From an uncultured Bacteroidales bacterium (GTDB taxonomy: Bacteria > Bacteroidota > Bacteroidia > Bacteroidales > JBBRXJ01): 64,000 nucleotides of DNA. A program made the translations under genes and the position numbers. The notes beneath the pieces are model-generated. The model saw only the letters and a list, made by a program, of their open reading frames with translations, was not told where the DNA came from and made no database searches. Of the stretch, positions 34,049 to 45,229 are shown piece by piece. The stretch lies in contig CAZJWE010000002.1 in assembly GCA_964549265.1 (NCBI GenBank), forward strand, positions 1,040-65,039. The letters run 5' to 3'. Numbering within the stretch: the stretch's first letter is position 1; each line of letters opens with the position of its first letter.

Positions 34049-35731
34049 ATGAAACGATTAAAAAAACGCTCTTTCACGTGGTTGCTGATTATTTCCTTAT
34101 GTTTAGGATCAGCAGGTTTTATTTCTTTTAATTATACTGATGAGTTCAAGGTTATTAAAAACCTGGATATTTTTTATAATTTATTCCGTGAGTTGAATTT
34201 GTATTATGTTGATGAAACGGACCCTGAAGAGCTTATCAAAAACGGGATCAATGGAATGCTTTCAGAACTTGACCCATATACCAGTTACATTCCGCCTGAA
34301 AAGGAAAAAGACTTTCAATTCCAAACTACCGGTGATTATGGCGGAATAGGATCACTCATTCGGGGTGCAGGCAACTATGCTATCATTTCTCAACCCTACA
34401 AAGGATTCCCAGCCGACAAAGCAAATCTGATGCCCGGTGATACAATCATTAAAATCAATGATAAATCTATTGAAGGTAAATCATTGGAAGAGATAAGCAA
34501 TTTATTAAAAGGAATACCTGGAACGCATGTGAATGTTACCATCCACCGTCCTTACATAGATACGGTCATGACAAAAAAAATAACACGTGAAGAGGTGCAT
34601 ATCCCAGCTGTTCCTTATTACGGAATTGTAGATAACAATATAGGTTACATTCATCTTCAACGTTTTACACGCGATGCTACACAAGAAGTAGAAAAAGCAT
34701 TGAAAGAATTAACAAATGACAAAGGCGCTGAAAAAATCCTTTTGGATCTTCGGAACAATCCTGGAGGTTTGCTCGACGAAGCCATTAGTATTGCCGGGTT
34801 ATTTGTGGAAAAAGGATCGGTTATTGTAAAAACAAAAGGTAGCATTGAAAAATTCAACCAAACGTATGAAACAGAAAACAATCCTGTGAATACAGAAATT
34901 CCACTTGCAATACTTGTAAATAATAATTCGGCCTCTGCATCTGAAATTATTGCAGGTGCGATCCAGGACTATGACAGGGGTGTTATAGTTGGAGAAAAAA
35001 CATTCGGGAAAGGACTTGTTCAATCCACACGTCCACTTAGTTACGGTGCCCAGCTTAAAGTGACCACTGCCAAATATTATATCCCAAGTGGCAGATGTAT
35101 CCAGGCACGAAATTATAATGGCGACAGCTCCGAAGATATTGCCGATTCACTGAGCAAAAAATTCACAACAGAGAACGGACGCGTTGTTTATGACCGCAAA
35201 GGCATAATGCCAGACATTAAAATAGAAGCCGAAAACCTGAGCAAGATTGCTGCCAGTTTGTATGCCAAAAATTTTATTTTTGACTTTGCCAATTTTTATA
35301 CCGCAACAAATGACAGCATTCGATCCATTACCGGATTCAATGTGTCTGATACGCTTTATTCAAAATTCATTACCTTTTTAGAAGGGAAAGATTTTGATTA
35401 TCAAACACGCAGTGAAGACCAGCTCAATGATCTCATTGAAATCGCCAAAGCAGAAAAATATTACCAAAAAGCAGAAGTACAATTTGATTCTTTAAAAAAT
35501 ATGCTTGCCCATGACAAACAAAAAGACCTGCGCACATTCAGCGAAGAAATCAGGCAATTACTTAAAGAAGAGATCATCAGCAGGTACTATTACACTGCCG
35601 GTAAATTACAAGCAACAATAAAAGAAGATAAACAAGTGCATGAAGCGCTTGGTATTCTTAAAGACATAAATCAATACAATAATATATTAACTGTTTCTTC
35701 AGATAACAGTTCTAAAAACATTAAGAATTAA
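34049..35731 (+). CDS. ctp: S41 family C-terminal processing peptidase (PDZ-containing)
   Basis: PDZ (PADKANLMPGDTIIKINDKSIEG). S41 core (DLRNNPGGLLDEAISIAG, NNNSASASEIIAGAIQD, GEKTFGKG). The track start at 34001 is TTG; ATG 34049 gives MKRLKKRSF plus a TM anchor. Confidence 0.9.
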   Translation: MKRLKKRSFTWLLIISLCLGSAGFISFNYTDEFKVIKNLDIFYNLFRELNLYYVDETDPEELIKNGINGMLSELDPYTSYIPPEKEKDFQFQTTGDYGGIGSLIRGAGNYAIISQPYKGFPADKANLMPGDTIIKINDKSIEGKSLEEISNLLKGIPGTHVNVTIHRPYIDTVMTKKITREEVHIPAVPYYGIVDNNIGYIHLQRFTRDATQEVEKALKELTNDKGAEKILLDLRNNPGGLLDEAISIAGLFVEKGSVIVKTKGSIEKFNQTYETENNPVNTEIPLAILVNNNSASASEIIAGAIQDYDRGVIVGEKTFGKGLVQSTRPLSYGAQLKVTTAKYYIPSGRCIQARNYNGDSSEDIADSLSKKFTTENGRVVYDRKGIMPDIKIEAENLSKIAASLYAKNFIFDFANFYTATNDSIRSITGFNVSDTLYSKFITFLEGKDFDYQTRSEDQLNDLIEIAKAEKYYQKAEVQFDSLKNMLAHDKQKDLRTFSEEIRQLLKEEIISRYYYTAGKLQATIKEDKQVHEALGILKDINQYNNILTVSSDNSSKNIKN

Positions 35732-35749
35732 ATATTTATATAATTAAAT

Positions 35750-36661
35750 ATGAACTTAACCCGCACATCTCCTATCTGGCTGTTTATTGCATTCACATTT
35801 GCAATTTCCTGGGGAATGGTGGGGATTTTCTTTCTTACCGGTGGCAAATGGAATTCATTTTCAGCACAATTTATAGCTACCGGTTACATGTTTGTCCCGA
35901 TGCTAGTATCTATTGGGATAATAAAATTTATTAAAAAGGGACGCCTTGTTAAAACGCTTTCCATTTCATTTAAATTCAATTCCTGGTGGGTTATTGCATG
36001 GATTATCATGCCTGTTTTAGCATTCTTAACATTAGGAATCAGCCTTTTATTCCCAAATATTCACTATTCTCCTGATATGCAAGGCATGTTTGAGCGATTT
36101 TCATCTATGTTATCTCAAGAACAGGCACAAGAGATTAAAAATCAGATAGCATCAGCCTCCATACACCCGATATGGCTGTCATTAATAAATGGAATGGTTG
36201 CAGGAGCCACCATTAATGCCATCGCTGCCTTTGGTGAAGAAACCGGATGGCGTGGATTTCTTGTTAATGAGCTGAAAGATAAGTCATTCATTCGATGTTC
36301 CTTGATTATTGGTTTAATTTGGGGAGTGTGGCACGCACCCATTATACTGGCCGGGCATAATTATCCTGAACATCCTTATATTGGTGTTATTATGATGATT
36401 TTTTGGTGCATCCTCCTAACACCTTTATTTCTTTATATCAGGATTAAATCAAAATCCGTTATTGCTGCTGCCATTTTGCATGGCACTTTAAATGGAACGT
36501 TCGGTATTTCATTCATGCTCGTAACCGGTGGCAGTGACTTATTGACAGGCATGACAGGATTGGCGGGCTTTATTTCATTGTTAATTGCCAATGGGTTGCT
36601 TTATTTTTATGATACCAAGTTAAGTCGTGATTCGATTATATACAAAAAAATAACATTTTAA
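35750..36661 (+). CDS. CPBP family intramembrane glutamic endopeptidase
   Basis: Multi-TM protein. Motifs FGEETGWRGFL, WGVWHAP, AILHGTLNG. Confidence 0.85.
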   Translation: MNLTRTSPIWLFIAFTFAISWGMVGIFFLTGGKWNSFSAQFIATGYMFVPMLVSIGIIKFIKKGRLVKTLSISFKFNSWWVIAWIIMPVLAFLTLGISLLFPNIHYSPDMQGMFERFSSMLSQEQAQEIKNQIASASIHPIWLSLINGMVAGATINAIAAFGEETGWRGFLVNELKDKSFIRCSLIIGLIWGVWHAPIILAGHNYPEHPYIGVIMMIFWCILLTPLFLYIRIKSKSVIAAAILHGTLNGTFGISFMLVTGGSDLLTGMTGLAGFISLLIANGLLYFYDTKLSRDSIIYKKITF

Positions 36662-36715
36662 TTACCTGAACCTTAGGGAATCGTTAATCATTCAATCCGA
36701 AAAACAAAGTATAGT

Positions 36716-36952
36716 GGGAATCCAAACTTTCCCAAAGTCAAACAACTTCATTATGTGAAAGAACTATTTTGAATATTCCATTTTTCAATAGTCATATGAC
36801 ATTATTTTCTGGTTGTATTTCCCGAAGCGTTGCCATCGGGTTGAAATAATTAGGGCTTTCAGCTCATAAAATATATCATAACAACCCTAATTTTAATTTG
36901 TTCCAATTTTGGGGCAAGCGTAACGAAGTTAGCGGCTATTATGGACAAACTC
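36716..36952. repeat. R2 repeat copy B, interrupted by an R3 element (36821-36864) plus flanking insert
   Basis: The left half gggaatccaaactttcccaaagtcaaacaacttcattat and right half ttttggggcaagcgtaacgaagttagcggctattatggacaaac match copy A. They are separated here by ~125 extra nt containing cccgaagcgttgccatcgggttgaaataattagggctttcagc. Confidence 0.7.
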
Positions 36953-37072
36953 TAAATAGAGTCTGTCTATAAACTTAAGTGTTTATAAAATTTTATCACG
37001 GCTCGGTTCGTGGCAACATACATAGATTAAACTTTAGAAAAGTAGTTTCACTAAGAGACAAACTCTATAAAG

Positions 37073-38071
37073 TTAGGCCAGGATATGTTCAATTTCGTCA
37101 ATTTCTTCAGGAGTAAATTCCTGGTTATCCAATGCAGACAAATTGTCTTTAAGCTGTTTGACAGAACTTACACCAACCAATACAGACGTGATCCAATCGT
37201 TTCGTAATACCCAGCTTAATGCCATTTGTGCAAGAGATTGGTTGCGTTTTTCAGCCAGTTCGTTTAATTTTATAATGATTTCACGCTTTTCATCGGTTAT
37301 ATCCGCTTTTTTCAAGTATGTATAAGATTTTGAAGCTCTTGATCCTTTAGGAATAGAAGAAATATATTTATCTGTAAGCATTCCCTGTTCCAAAGGGGAA
37401 AAAGCGATTGCACCTATGCCTTCCAATGCCAACATTTCAAGCAACCCTTTTTCGGGTTCCCTTGAAAACATAGAGTATTTGGGTTGGTGAATAATAAAAG
37501 GCGTATTGGTTTCTCTTAATATTTTAATGGCCTTGGCTGTTAATTCTTTAGAATAATTTGAAATACCTATATACAATGCTTTGCCGTCTTTTATCAATTG
37601 GTTAAGCGCTAACATTGATTCTTCCAGTGGGGTTTCCGGGTCAGGACGATGGTGGTAAAAAATATCAACATATTCCAGTCCCATGCGTTTTAAACTCTGG
37701 TTGCAGCTTGCGATAAGATATTTTCTTGACCCCCAATTCCCATAGGGCCCCGGCCACATATCATATCCGGCTTTGGTCGAAATAATCAATTCATCTCTGT
37801 ATATTCCTAAACCCTTTTTCAATATTCTTCCAAAATTTTCTTCTGCGCTACCGTAAGGTGGCCCGTAATTATTGGCCAGGTCAAAATGCGTGATGCCATG
37901 ATCAAATGCTTCGTGCACTATTTCATTAGCTGTTCTAAAATCATCAACATGCCCAAAATTGTGCCATAATCCAAGTGAAATGGCAGGCAGTTTAAGGCCG
38001 CTTTTCCCACAGCGCCTGTAAGTCATCTGTTCGTATCGTTCAGGAGAAGGAATGTAAGACTCTTCAATCAT
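37073..38071 (-). CDS. aldo/keto reductase (YghZ/Kv-beta-like)
   Basis: GLWHNFG, HFDLANNYGPPYGSAEENFG, IISTKAG, YVDIFYHHRPD. The track start at 38077 is TTG; the ATG is two codons in. Confidence 0.9.
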   Translation of the reverse strand: MIEESYIPSPERYEQMTYRRCGKSGLKLPAISLGLWHNFGHVDDFRTANEIVHEAFDHGITHFDLANNYGPPYGSAEENFGRILKKGLGIYRDELIISTKAGYDMWPGPYGNWGSRKYLIASCNQSLKRMGLEYVDIFYHHRPDPETPLEESMLALNQLIKDGKALYIGISNYSKELTAKAIKILRETNTPFIIHQPKYSMFSREPEKGLLEMLALEGIGAIAFSPLEQGMLTDKYISSIPKGSRASKSYTYLKKADITDEKREIIIKLNELAEKRNQSLAQMALSWVLRNDWITSVLVGVSSVKQLKDNLSALDNQEFTPEEIDEIEHILA

Positions 38072-38248
38072 ATTCAATACAATTTATATTTTCACATTTG
38101 TTTCTTCTTCAATTTATCATGTAATTTTTTTTGAAATAAAAAGTTACAAAAATAAGATGATTTTAAAACATATTATCATAATTGGTAACAAAATTCATTC
38201 CGTTTTTTTCAAATCAATCATTATTTAGAATAGAGCCAGAATTGACCT

Positions 38249-41032
38249 TTAATGCGCTTCAAGCCAGTTATTCCCAGAACCGGCTTCAACAGTCAATGGC
38301 ACTTTAAGTGTTATGATGTTTTCCATGTTTTCAACAACAATTTTTTGAATAGCCTCCAACTCAGGCTTATATACATCAAACACCAATTCATCATGCACTT
38401 GTAAAATCATTTTGGATCTGTATTGTTTTTGAGCCAGTTGGTTGTCAATTTGAATCATGGCCATTTTAATAATATCAGACGCAGAACCCTGGATGGGGGC
38501 ATTAATAGCATTTCGCTCTGCCATTCCTCTAACGATTGAATTCCCGGATGCAATATCTTTCAGATATCTGCGGCGTCCCATGATGGTTTTTACATAGCCA
38601 TGCTCTCTTGCAAATTGAATAGTACGATCCATATACGCCTTTACCTTCGGATAGTTTTTAAAATATCCTTCGATCAACTCACTGGCCTCGGCCTTGGGTA
38701 TGCTCAACCGTTGAGACAACCCGTACACAGATATTCCATAAATAATCCCAAAATTAGCTGTTTTGGCTTTACGCCTCATATCACCAGTCACCTGATCTAA
38801 TGAAACATTAAAAATTTTCGATGCGGTGACTGTATGAATGTCCAACTCTTTTTTATATGCATCAATTAAATTAATATCTTCGCTCATGTGTGCCATAATC
38901 CGGAGTTCTATCTGGGAATAATCAGCAGAAAACAGAGTATATTCTTCGCTTGACGGAATAAATGCTTTTCTGATCTCCCTTCCTCGTTCTTCACGGATAG
39001 GAATGTTTTGTAAATTCGGATTATTGCTGCTCAACCGCCCTGTTGATGTGATTGTTTGGTTAAATGAGGTATGTATTTTATTGGTTTGGCTATTCAGCAG
39101 CTTTGGCAAAGATTCAACATAGCCCGACATTAATTTTTTTATCGATCTGTATTCCAATATTTTATTGATTATTTCATGGGTGTCTTTAAGTTTTTCCAAT
39201 GTTTCTTCGCTTGTTGAGTATTGTTTTGACTTTGTCATCTTGGGTGAATCGCTGATGTTCATTTTTTCAAATAATACTTCACCTAATTGTTTTGGTGAAT
39301 CAACATTGAATTCCTCACCTCCTGCCATTTCAATAATGTCCCGTTTCAATCCGGCAAGTTCTTTATTTAATTTTTCTCCAAACCGGTTGATTTGTCCAAT
39401 ATCAAGCTTAACACCACTTAATTCCATATTCTTCAAAACATTGGTCAAAGGCATTTCAATATCCTTTGCAAGATTCATCATACCGTATTTTTCGAGTTCT
39501 TTTTCAAGTATTGGTTTAAGTCTGAATGTAACATCTGCATCCTCACAAGCATATTCATAAATTTTTTCCTGACTTAATGCACCCATACTTAATTGATTTT
39601 TTCCTTTTTTTCCGATCAGATCCTCAACAGGGATAGGTGTGTATTTAAGGTATTGTTCAGATAAGAAAGTCAGGTTGTGCCGGAGTTCCGGCTGAATCAG
39701 ATAATGCGCAATCATGGTATCAAATAATTCTCCTTTTACCTTGATTCCATAAAGATTCAACATCAGAATATCATATTTCACGTTCTGTCCAATCTTTTTA
39801 ATATTTTGATTTTCAAATACCTGTTTGAATTCTATTAGAATTTCTGTTGCGTGTTCTTTTTCTTTTGGCAGGGCTACATACCATGCCTTACCAGATGCAA
39901 TAGAAAATGACATTCCGACCATATCTGCATGATATACATTCAATGATGTAGTTTCTGTATCAAAACATATCTCTTGATGTTTTAGTAGTAAATCTATTAG
40001 CTCTTGCCTATCTTGTTGATTGGTGATAAGTTTGTAGTCATGCTTTACCGTTTCAATGGTGTCAAACAAAGGTTTATCAGGTATAGAAGAAACAGGCGGT
40101 TCTTCTTCCCATAGCAATCGTTGTTGAACATGATGTTGTTTACTTTTTTCACTTTTAAATAATCGTTCATATACATTTTTAAATTCCAGTTCATCCAGAA
40201 TATTCTTTAACGCCTCGGCATTAAAATCTTTCATTGTTAAATCATCTTCATTGAATTCAACGGGAACATCCATGATAATGCTGACAAGTTCTTTAGAAAT
40301 TCGAATCATTTCTATATTGGCTTCAATTTTTTCTTTCAGTTTGCCTTTGAGTTCATGAGTATGTTCAATCAAATTCTCGACACTTTGGTATTCAGCAATT
40401 AATTTGGTTGCTGTTTTTTCGCCTATCCCGGGGACACCCGGGACATTATCGGAGGTGTCGCCCCAAAGGGCCATAATATCAATGACCTGTTTGGGATCAT
40501 TGATGCCATATTTCTCCAATATTTCTTTTCGTCCGATAATTTCAGCTTCTGTGCCGGATCCTTTGGGTTTATAAATGTATGTTTTGGCGTCAACAAGCTG
40601 GGCGTAATCTTTATCAGGTGTCATCATATACGTGGTAAATCCTTTATTTTCTGCCTGACAGCTAAGTGTTCCGATAATATCATCCGCTTCATAGCCTGGC
40701 ATTTCAATTACAGGAATATTAAATGCCTGCACTATTTTTTGAATATATGGGACTGCACGTTTGATGTCTTCCGGTGTTTCTTCCCTGTTGGCTTTATAAT
40801 CTTCATAAATATCATTCCGGAAGGTTCGTGCAGGGGTATCAAAAGCTACTCCTATATGGGTTGGGTTCCGCTTATTAATGACTTCAACCAGGCTATTGAT
40901 GAACCCAAATGCGGCTGATGTATTCATCCCTTTGGAATTATACCGCGGATTTCTGATAAATGCATAATATGATCTGTAGATTAGCGAATATGCATCAATT
41001 AAGTAAAGGCGTTTTTCCTGCTGAGTATCCAT
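38249..41032 (-). CDS. polA: DNA polymerase I
   Basis: 5'-nuclease N-terminus (LIDAYSLIYRSYYA), 3'-5' exo region, and polymerase motifs (DYSQIELRIMAH, RRKAKTANFGIIYG, QVHDELVF). Confidence 0.97.
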   Translation of the reverse strand: MDTQQEKRLYLIDAYSLIYRSYYAFIRNPRYNSKGMNTSAAFGFINSLVEVINKRNPTHIGVAFDTPARTFRNDIYEDYKANREETPEDIKRAVPYIQKIVQAFNIPVIEMPGYEADDIIGTLSCQAENKGFTTYMMTPDKDYAQLVDAKTYIYKPKGSGTEAEIIGRKEILEKYGINDPKQVIDIMALWGDTSDNVPGVPGIGEKTATKLIAEYQSVENLIEHTHELKGKLKEKIEANIEMIRISKELVSIIMDVPVEFNEDDLTMKDFNAEALKNILDELEFKNVYERLFKSEKSKQHHVQQRLLWEEEPPVSSIPDKPLFDTIETVKHDYKLITNQQDRQELIDLLLKHQEICFDTETTSLNVYHADMVGMSFSIASGKAWYVALPKEKEHATEILIEFKQVFENQNIKKIGQNVKYDILMLNLYGIKVKGELFDTMIAHYLIQPELRHNLTFLSEQYLKYTPIPVEDLIGKKGKNQLSMGALSQEKIYEYACEDADVTFRLKPILEKELEKYGMMNLAKDIEMPLTNVLKNMELSGVKLDIGQINRFGEKLNKELAGLKRDIIEMAGGEEFNVDSPKQLGEVLFEKMNISDSPKMTKSKQYSTSEETLEKLKDTHEIINKILEYRSIKKLMSGYVESLPKLLNSQTNKIHTSFNQTITSTGRLSSNNPNLQNIPIREERGREIRKAFIPSSEEYTLFSADYSQIELRIMAHMSEDINLIDAYKKELDIHTVTASKIFNVSLDQVTGDMRRKAKTANFGIIYGISVYGLSQRLSIPKAEASELIEGYFKNYPKVKAYMDRTIQFAREHGYVKTIMGRRRYLKDIASGNSIVRGMAERNAINAPIQGSASDIIKMAMIQIDNQLAQKQYRSKMILQVHDELVFDVYKPELEAIQKIVVENMENIITLKVPLTVEAGSGNNWLEAH

Positions 41033-41224
41033 TTTGTTCTATTGGTTTTGTTTTATGATTTTAAGTATAAAGAAAATGAATAAAATCATAAATAAAATAT
41101 TTTTATTCATTTTTTATTTCCCGGAGATTTTTTTTCTGAATATGAAAACGAAGTGATTGAATATAATGATCTAAACACATTAAATGACAAACAGCCTCCT
41201 AATAAACATAAACGACTGGCCTTC

Positions 41225-41683
41225 TCAGTCTTTATTATCATTCGCATACCACTCTGCAAATGATGTATCTGTTTCAGAAAGCAATAGACTAAACAGCTCA
41301 ATGTTTGGAGGTAAATGTTTTTGGAGTATTCTGACAAATTCTATTACAATGTTTTCGCACGTTGGCTGGTTATCAAAAATATGAAGCCGTTCATACATTT
41401 GTTCAATGTGCTTTAGGTGTTGTTGGGGAATATGTTTATTTACAACGAGCGAATGATCAAACTTGTCAATAATATGGTTATGAACAATCTCTTTTAAAAT
41501 TCCAAAATCAATTACCATGCCCTGTTTAGCTCCGTTGCTGTTTTTCACAGGACATCCTTTAACAGTAACCCATAATTTATAAGAATGCCCGTGAATATTC
41601 TTACATAGCCCGTCATAATTCCATAGGGCATGCGCCATTTCAAAATTAAATTTCTTCGTGATCCTAAGCAATGTCATAAACAA
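41225..41683 (-). CDS. queD: 6-carboxytetrahydropterin synthase (QueD/PTPS family)
   Basis: FNFEMAHALWNYDGLCKNIHGHSYKLWVTVKG. Confidence 0.85.
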   Translation of the reverse strand: MFMTLLRITKKFNFEMAHALWNYDGLCKNIHGHSYKLWVTVKGCPVKNSNGAKQGMVIDFGILKEIVHNHIIDKFDHSLVVNKHIPQQHLKHIEQMYERLHIFDNQPTCENIVIEFVRILQKHLPPNIELFSLLLSETDTSFAEWYANDNKD

Positions 41684-41686
41684 TAG

Positions 41687-41977
41687 TTATAGAGTACATT
41701 CTTTAATACAATCAATGATTGAGCTGATTCGTTTCTGCTTAAGATAATAGTAGCAATTTTTTCCGATCCGTTCGTAGCCTACAATCCCTTTGCTCTTTAA
41801 AATACCCAAATGATGGGATGTAGCTGCCTGTTCAATGTTTAACTTGTTATGTATCTCTGACACTGATTTTTTTTCATAATCTACTAATAAATTTATGATT
41901 TGAAGTCTAATAGGATGCGCTACTGATTTAAGCATTTCCGCCGCAAATTCTAATTTTTCTACTTCAAGATTATACAT
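41687..41977 (-). CDS. ArsR/SmtB family transcriptional regulator
   Basis: LKSVAHPIRLQIINLL...SVSEIHNKLNIEQAATSHHLGILKSKGIV. Confidence 0.85.
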   Translation of the reverse strand: MYNLEVEKLEFAAEMLKSVAHPIRLQIINLLVDYEKKSVSEIHNKLNIEQAATSHHLGILKSKGIVGYERIGKNCYYYLKQKRISSIIDCIKECTL

Positions 41978-42011
41978 TATGGTTTTTAATTTTTCTATTC
42001 GTTATTTCACA

Positions 42012-42019
42012 CAAAGATA
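42012..42019 (-). promoter_or_regulatory. Bacteroidota -7 box TATCTTTG (minus strand) for the arsR-queD unit
   Basis: The reverse complement of caaagata is TATCTTTG, 35 nt upstream of the start at 41977. Confidence 0.4.
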
Positions 42020-42146
42020 TAAAATATTTCCCATATCTTTTTTTGAATATTTTATATTCCGTATTTTTGATCTTTGAATATTTTCTTCTAACGATTTTAA
42101 CAATCATTTTGATCTCTAAATAGCCAGTCTTAAGACATATAACTCA

Positions 42147-43127
42147 ATGAAAATAAAGGCATTAAAAGATATTAGAAAGCCTGTTGCTTCAGAAATAGAA
42201 GGTTTTCAGAAGCACTTCCATGAATCAGTAAAAAGTGATATTCCTTTTTTAAAACTGATCATCAATTACATTCTCAGGTCTAAAGGCAAACAGATCAGGC
42301 CATTATACATTTTTTTGACGGCAAAGATGATGGGACAGGTAAATCATTCTACTTATGTTGCTGCTTCGTTGATTGAATTATTGCATACGGCTACACTTGT
42401 TCACGACGATGTAGTAGATGATTCATATGAACGAAGGGGGCAGTTTTCAATTTATGCCTTATGGAATTCTAAGGTAGCTGTTCTCTTAGGTGATTATTTA
42501 TTGGCAAAAGGCCTGCTATTATCTATGAATGAAAATGAAATTGACTTACTTAAAATTGCATCGAATGCTGTTCAAAAAATCAGTGAGGGTGAATTAATAC
42601 AGATAAAACAATCAAGGAAATTACAGCTCACAGAAGAACAGTATTTTAATATCATATCCAAAAAAACGGCTTCGCTTTTTTCTGCTTGCACATGTTGTGC
42701 AGGAAAGTCTGTGAATGCAAATGACGAAGAGATGGTCAAATTAGAAGAATTTGGCATGAATGCAGGGATTATTTTTCAGATAAAAGATGATATTTCAGAT
42801 TATCAAAAAAAGGGAATGTTAGGAAAACCAACCGGTAATGACATAAAAGAAAAGAAATTAACCCTGCCACTTATTTATGCGTTGAATTCTTGTAAGGATC
42901 AAGAAAAAAATAAGATCATTAAAATCATTAAATCAGGTAAAAACAAACGGATTTATTTGGATGAAATCATTCATTTTATAAATAAATATAAAGGGATTGA
43001 ATATGCAAATGAGGTGATGTTACAATACAAAGAAAAAACATTTGCACTACTGGATTCATTCCCGCCTAATGAATACAATTTAGCTTTACGAGATTTACTA
43101 GATTATTGTGCTTATAGGAAAAAATAG
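42147..43127 (+). CDS. polyprenyl diphosphate synthase (IspB-like)
   Basis: LHTATLVHDDVVDDSYERRG and GIIFQIKDDISDY (two DDxxD motifs). Confidence 0.9.
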   Translation: MKIKALKDIRKPVASEIEGFQKHFHESVKSDIPFLKLIINYILRSKGKQIRPLYIFLTAKMMGQVNHSTYVAASLIELLHTATLVHDDVVDDSYERRGQFSIYALWNSKVAVLLGDYLLAKGLLLSMNENEIDLLKIASNAVQKISEGELIQIKQSRKLQLTEEQYFNIISKKTASLFSACTCCAGKSVNANDEEMVKLEEFGMNAGIIFQIKDDISDYQKKGMLGKPTGNDIKEKKLTLPLIYALNSCKDQEKNKIIKIIKSGKNKRIYLDEIIHFINKYKGIEYANEVMLQYKEKTFALLDSFPPNEYNLALRDLLDYCAYRKK

Positions 43128-43196
43128 TTTTTATAATCAATCGTTTTTTAGATTTGATACTTTAATATTGTAGGTTTAGAGGTTAATATTTTTCAA

Positions 43197-43228
43197 AGTT
43201 TAAATGTTCCACGTGGAACATTTAAACT
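43197..43228. repeat. 32-bp perfect palindrome P1 (likely bidirectional terminator)
   Basis: agtttaaatgttccac|gtggaacatttaaact, between the convergent ispB-like and uvrC genes. Confidence 0.8.
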
Positions 43229-43241
43229 TATTCTTCAAATA

Positions 43242-45047
43242 CTAATATTTATTAAAATATTGATGTATTTTAATTGCTTTATCGCGTCCAATAATATGTT
43301 GTAATTGTTCAACAGATTGAGATTTAATTTTTTCAATATCTTTGTAATGTGTTAACAATTTTTGGATTGTTTGATAACCTATACCATTAATGTTTTGCAA
43401 TTCACTATTGATTGAATGCTTTGAACGGATGTTTCGATGAAATGAAATCCCAAATCGATGTGCTTCGTCACGAAGATGCTGAAGGAGTTTTAATGATTCA
43501 GAATTTTTATTAATATACATAGGATACGAATCACCAACTTGAAAAACTTCATCCAACCGTTTTGCAATTGCAATGAGCTTAATCTTTGTTTCTAATTGCA
43601 ATTCTTTGAGACTGAAGAAGGCTGCATTCAATTGACCTTTACCTCCATCTATTACTATTAATTGGGGAAGGTCACTCTTTTCTGAAAGTAGACGGTGGTA
43701 TCGTCTGTATACAACTTCCTTCATGCTGGCATAATCATCAGGGCCTGTTACACTTTTGATATGATATTTTCGATACTCGCCTTTTGAAGGTTTACCATTC
43801 CTAAACACAACACATGCCGCTACAGGATGTTTTCCCTGTATATTAGAATTATCAAAGCACTCAATGTGTTGTGGCATTTGATCGAGTTGAAGATTTCGTT
43901 TTAATGATTCAAGTTTATGATTTTTCTTTTTACGTTGCTTTAAATGTTCTCTTTGCTGTATTTTAATATTCTTGAAATACATAAGATTCGTTTGAGATAA
44001 TTCAACCAATTTTCGTTTATCTCCAGACTTAGGAACTGTAATTTTGATATTAGGAATTTGAATATCTATTTGATTAGGAATGATAATTTCTGTTGATTTA
44101 CTTTCCAATTGTTCTCTGATTCTAAGAATTGCTGTGGGAAATATATCGTGAATAGATTCATTTAATTTCTTTTTAACTTCTACTGTATACACCTGTACAA
44201 CCGTTCCGTTAATGATTTTTAAATAATTAACAAAAGCTTCATTTTGCTCATTTTCAATAGTAAATACATCAACATTATGTATTTTGGGATTTGCGACTTT
44301 GGATTTATTGTGATATGATTTAATGATTTGAATCTTTTCTTTAATTTGTTCAGCTTTTTCAAATTCTAATTTTGAAGCGGATTCATTCATCAAATGTTCT
44401 AAATATTGGATAACATCCTGTATATTTCCATTTAATATTTTTTTAATTTCTGCAATATTTTGCATGTATTCCTCTTCTGTTTGAAGATTTTCACATGGTG
44501 CTTTGCAATTTCCAATATGGTATTCTAAACATTTTTTATATTTTTTGTTTTTCACTGCCGATTCGGATAAATGATACTTACATGTTCTGATGGGATATAA
44601 TTTTCTTATTAATTCCAATACGGTTTTCACTGTCTTCATAGATGTATACGGGCCAAAGTAATCAGATCCATCTTTAATTATATTGCGTGTATAAAATACT
44701 CTGGGAAATCGTTCATGTTTTATGCATATCCAGGGATATGTTTTATCGTCTTTTAATTGTATATTATATTTTGGTTGGTGCTTTTTGATTAGACTATTTT
44801 CTAAGATGAATGCTTCCGTTTCATTGTCTACTATAAAATATTGAATTGTTTTGGTTTTATTTAGCAATAAATCAATTTTTCGTTTATTATAACCTTGCTG
44901 ATTAAAATATGATAAAATTCTATTCCGAATGTTTTTTGCTTTTCCTATATATAAATAATGTTCATCTTTATCCATAAACTGATAAATTCCAGGTTGAGTA
45001 GGAAATGTTTTGGCTATATTATACAATTGATTGATATGATTATTCAT
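43242..45047 (-). CDS. uvrC: excinuclease ABC subunit C
   Basis: GIY-YIG N-terminus (PGIYQFMDKDEHYLYIGKAKNIRNR), UvrBC region, endonuclease V-like domain and C-terminal HhH. Confidence 0.95.
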   Translation of the reverse strand: MNNHINQLYNIAKTFPTQPGIYQFMDKDEHYLYIGKAKNIRNRILSYFNQQGYNKRKIDLLLNKTKTIQYFIVDNETEAFILENSLIKKHQPKYNIQLKDDKTYPWICIKHERFPRVFYTRNIIKDGSDYFGPYTSMKTVKTVLELIRKLYPIRTCKYHLSESAVKNKKYKKCLEYHIGNCKAPCENLQTEEEYMQNIAEIKKILNGNIQDVIQYLEHLMNESASKLEFEKAEQIKEKIQIIKSYHNKSKVANPKIHNVDVFTIENEQNEAFVNYLKIINGTVVQVYTVEVKKKLNESIHDIFPTAILRIREQLESKSTEIIIPNQIDIQIPNIKITVPKSGDKRKLVELSQTNLMYFKNIKIQQREHLKQRKKKNHKLESLKRNLQLDQMPQHIECFDNSNIQGKHPVAACVVFRNGKPSKGEYRKYHIKSVTGPDDYASMKEVVYRRYHRLLSEKSDLPQLIVIDGGKGQLNAAFFSLKELQLETKIKLIAIAKRLDEVFQVGDSYPMYINKNSESLKLLQHLRDEAHRFGISFHRNIRSKHSINSELQNINGIGYQTIQKLLTHYKDIEKIKSQSVEQLQHIIGRDKAIKIHQYFNKY

Positions 45048-45170
45048 TGCATATTTTTTATTGATTCCTAAATTTCATTCATTCCTTTGTAATTTCAATT
45101 CTTGTTTTAATCAGGATATTCATTAATTATGGTTTTACGGACTTAAAAAGTAGATTTTACTGAAATTAAT

Positions 45171-45227
45171 TAGCTAATTGGGCTTAAATGTGACAAAGTT
45201 AGCGAACATGGCAGACTAAAATGTCCA
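45171..45227. repeat. R2 repeat, right-half fragment (copy C)
   Basis: aattgggcttaaatgtgacaaagttagcgaacatggcagac aligns with the right halves of copies A and B. Confidence 0.5.
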
Positions 45228-45229
45228 TT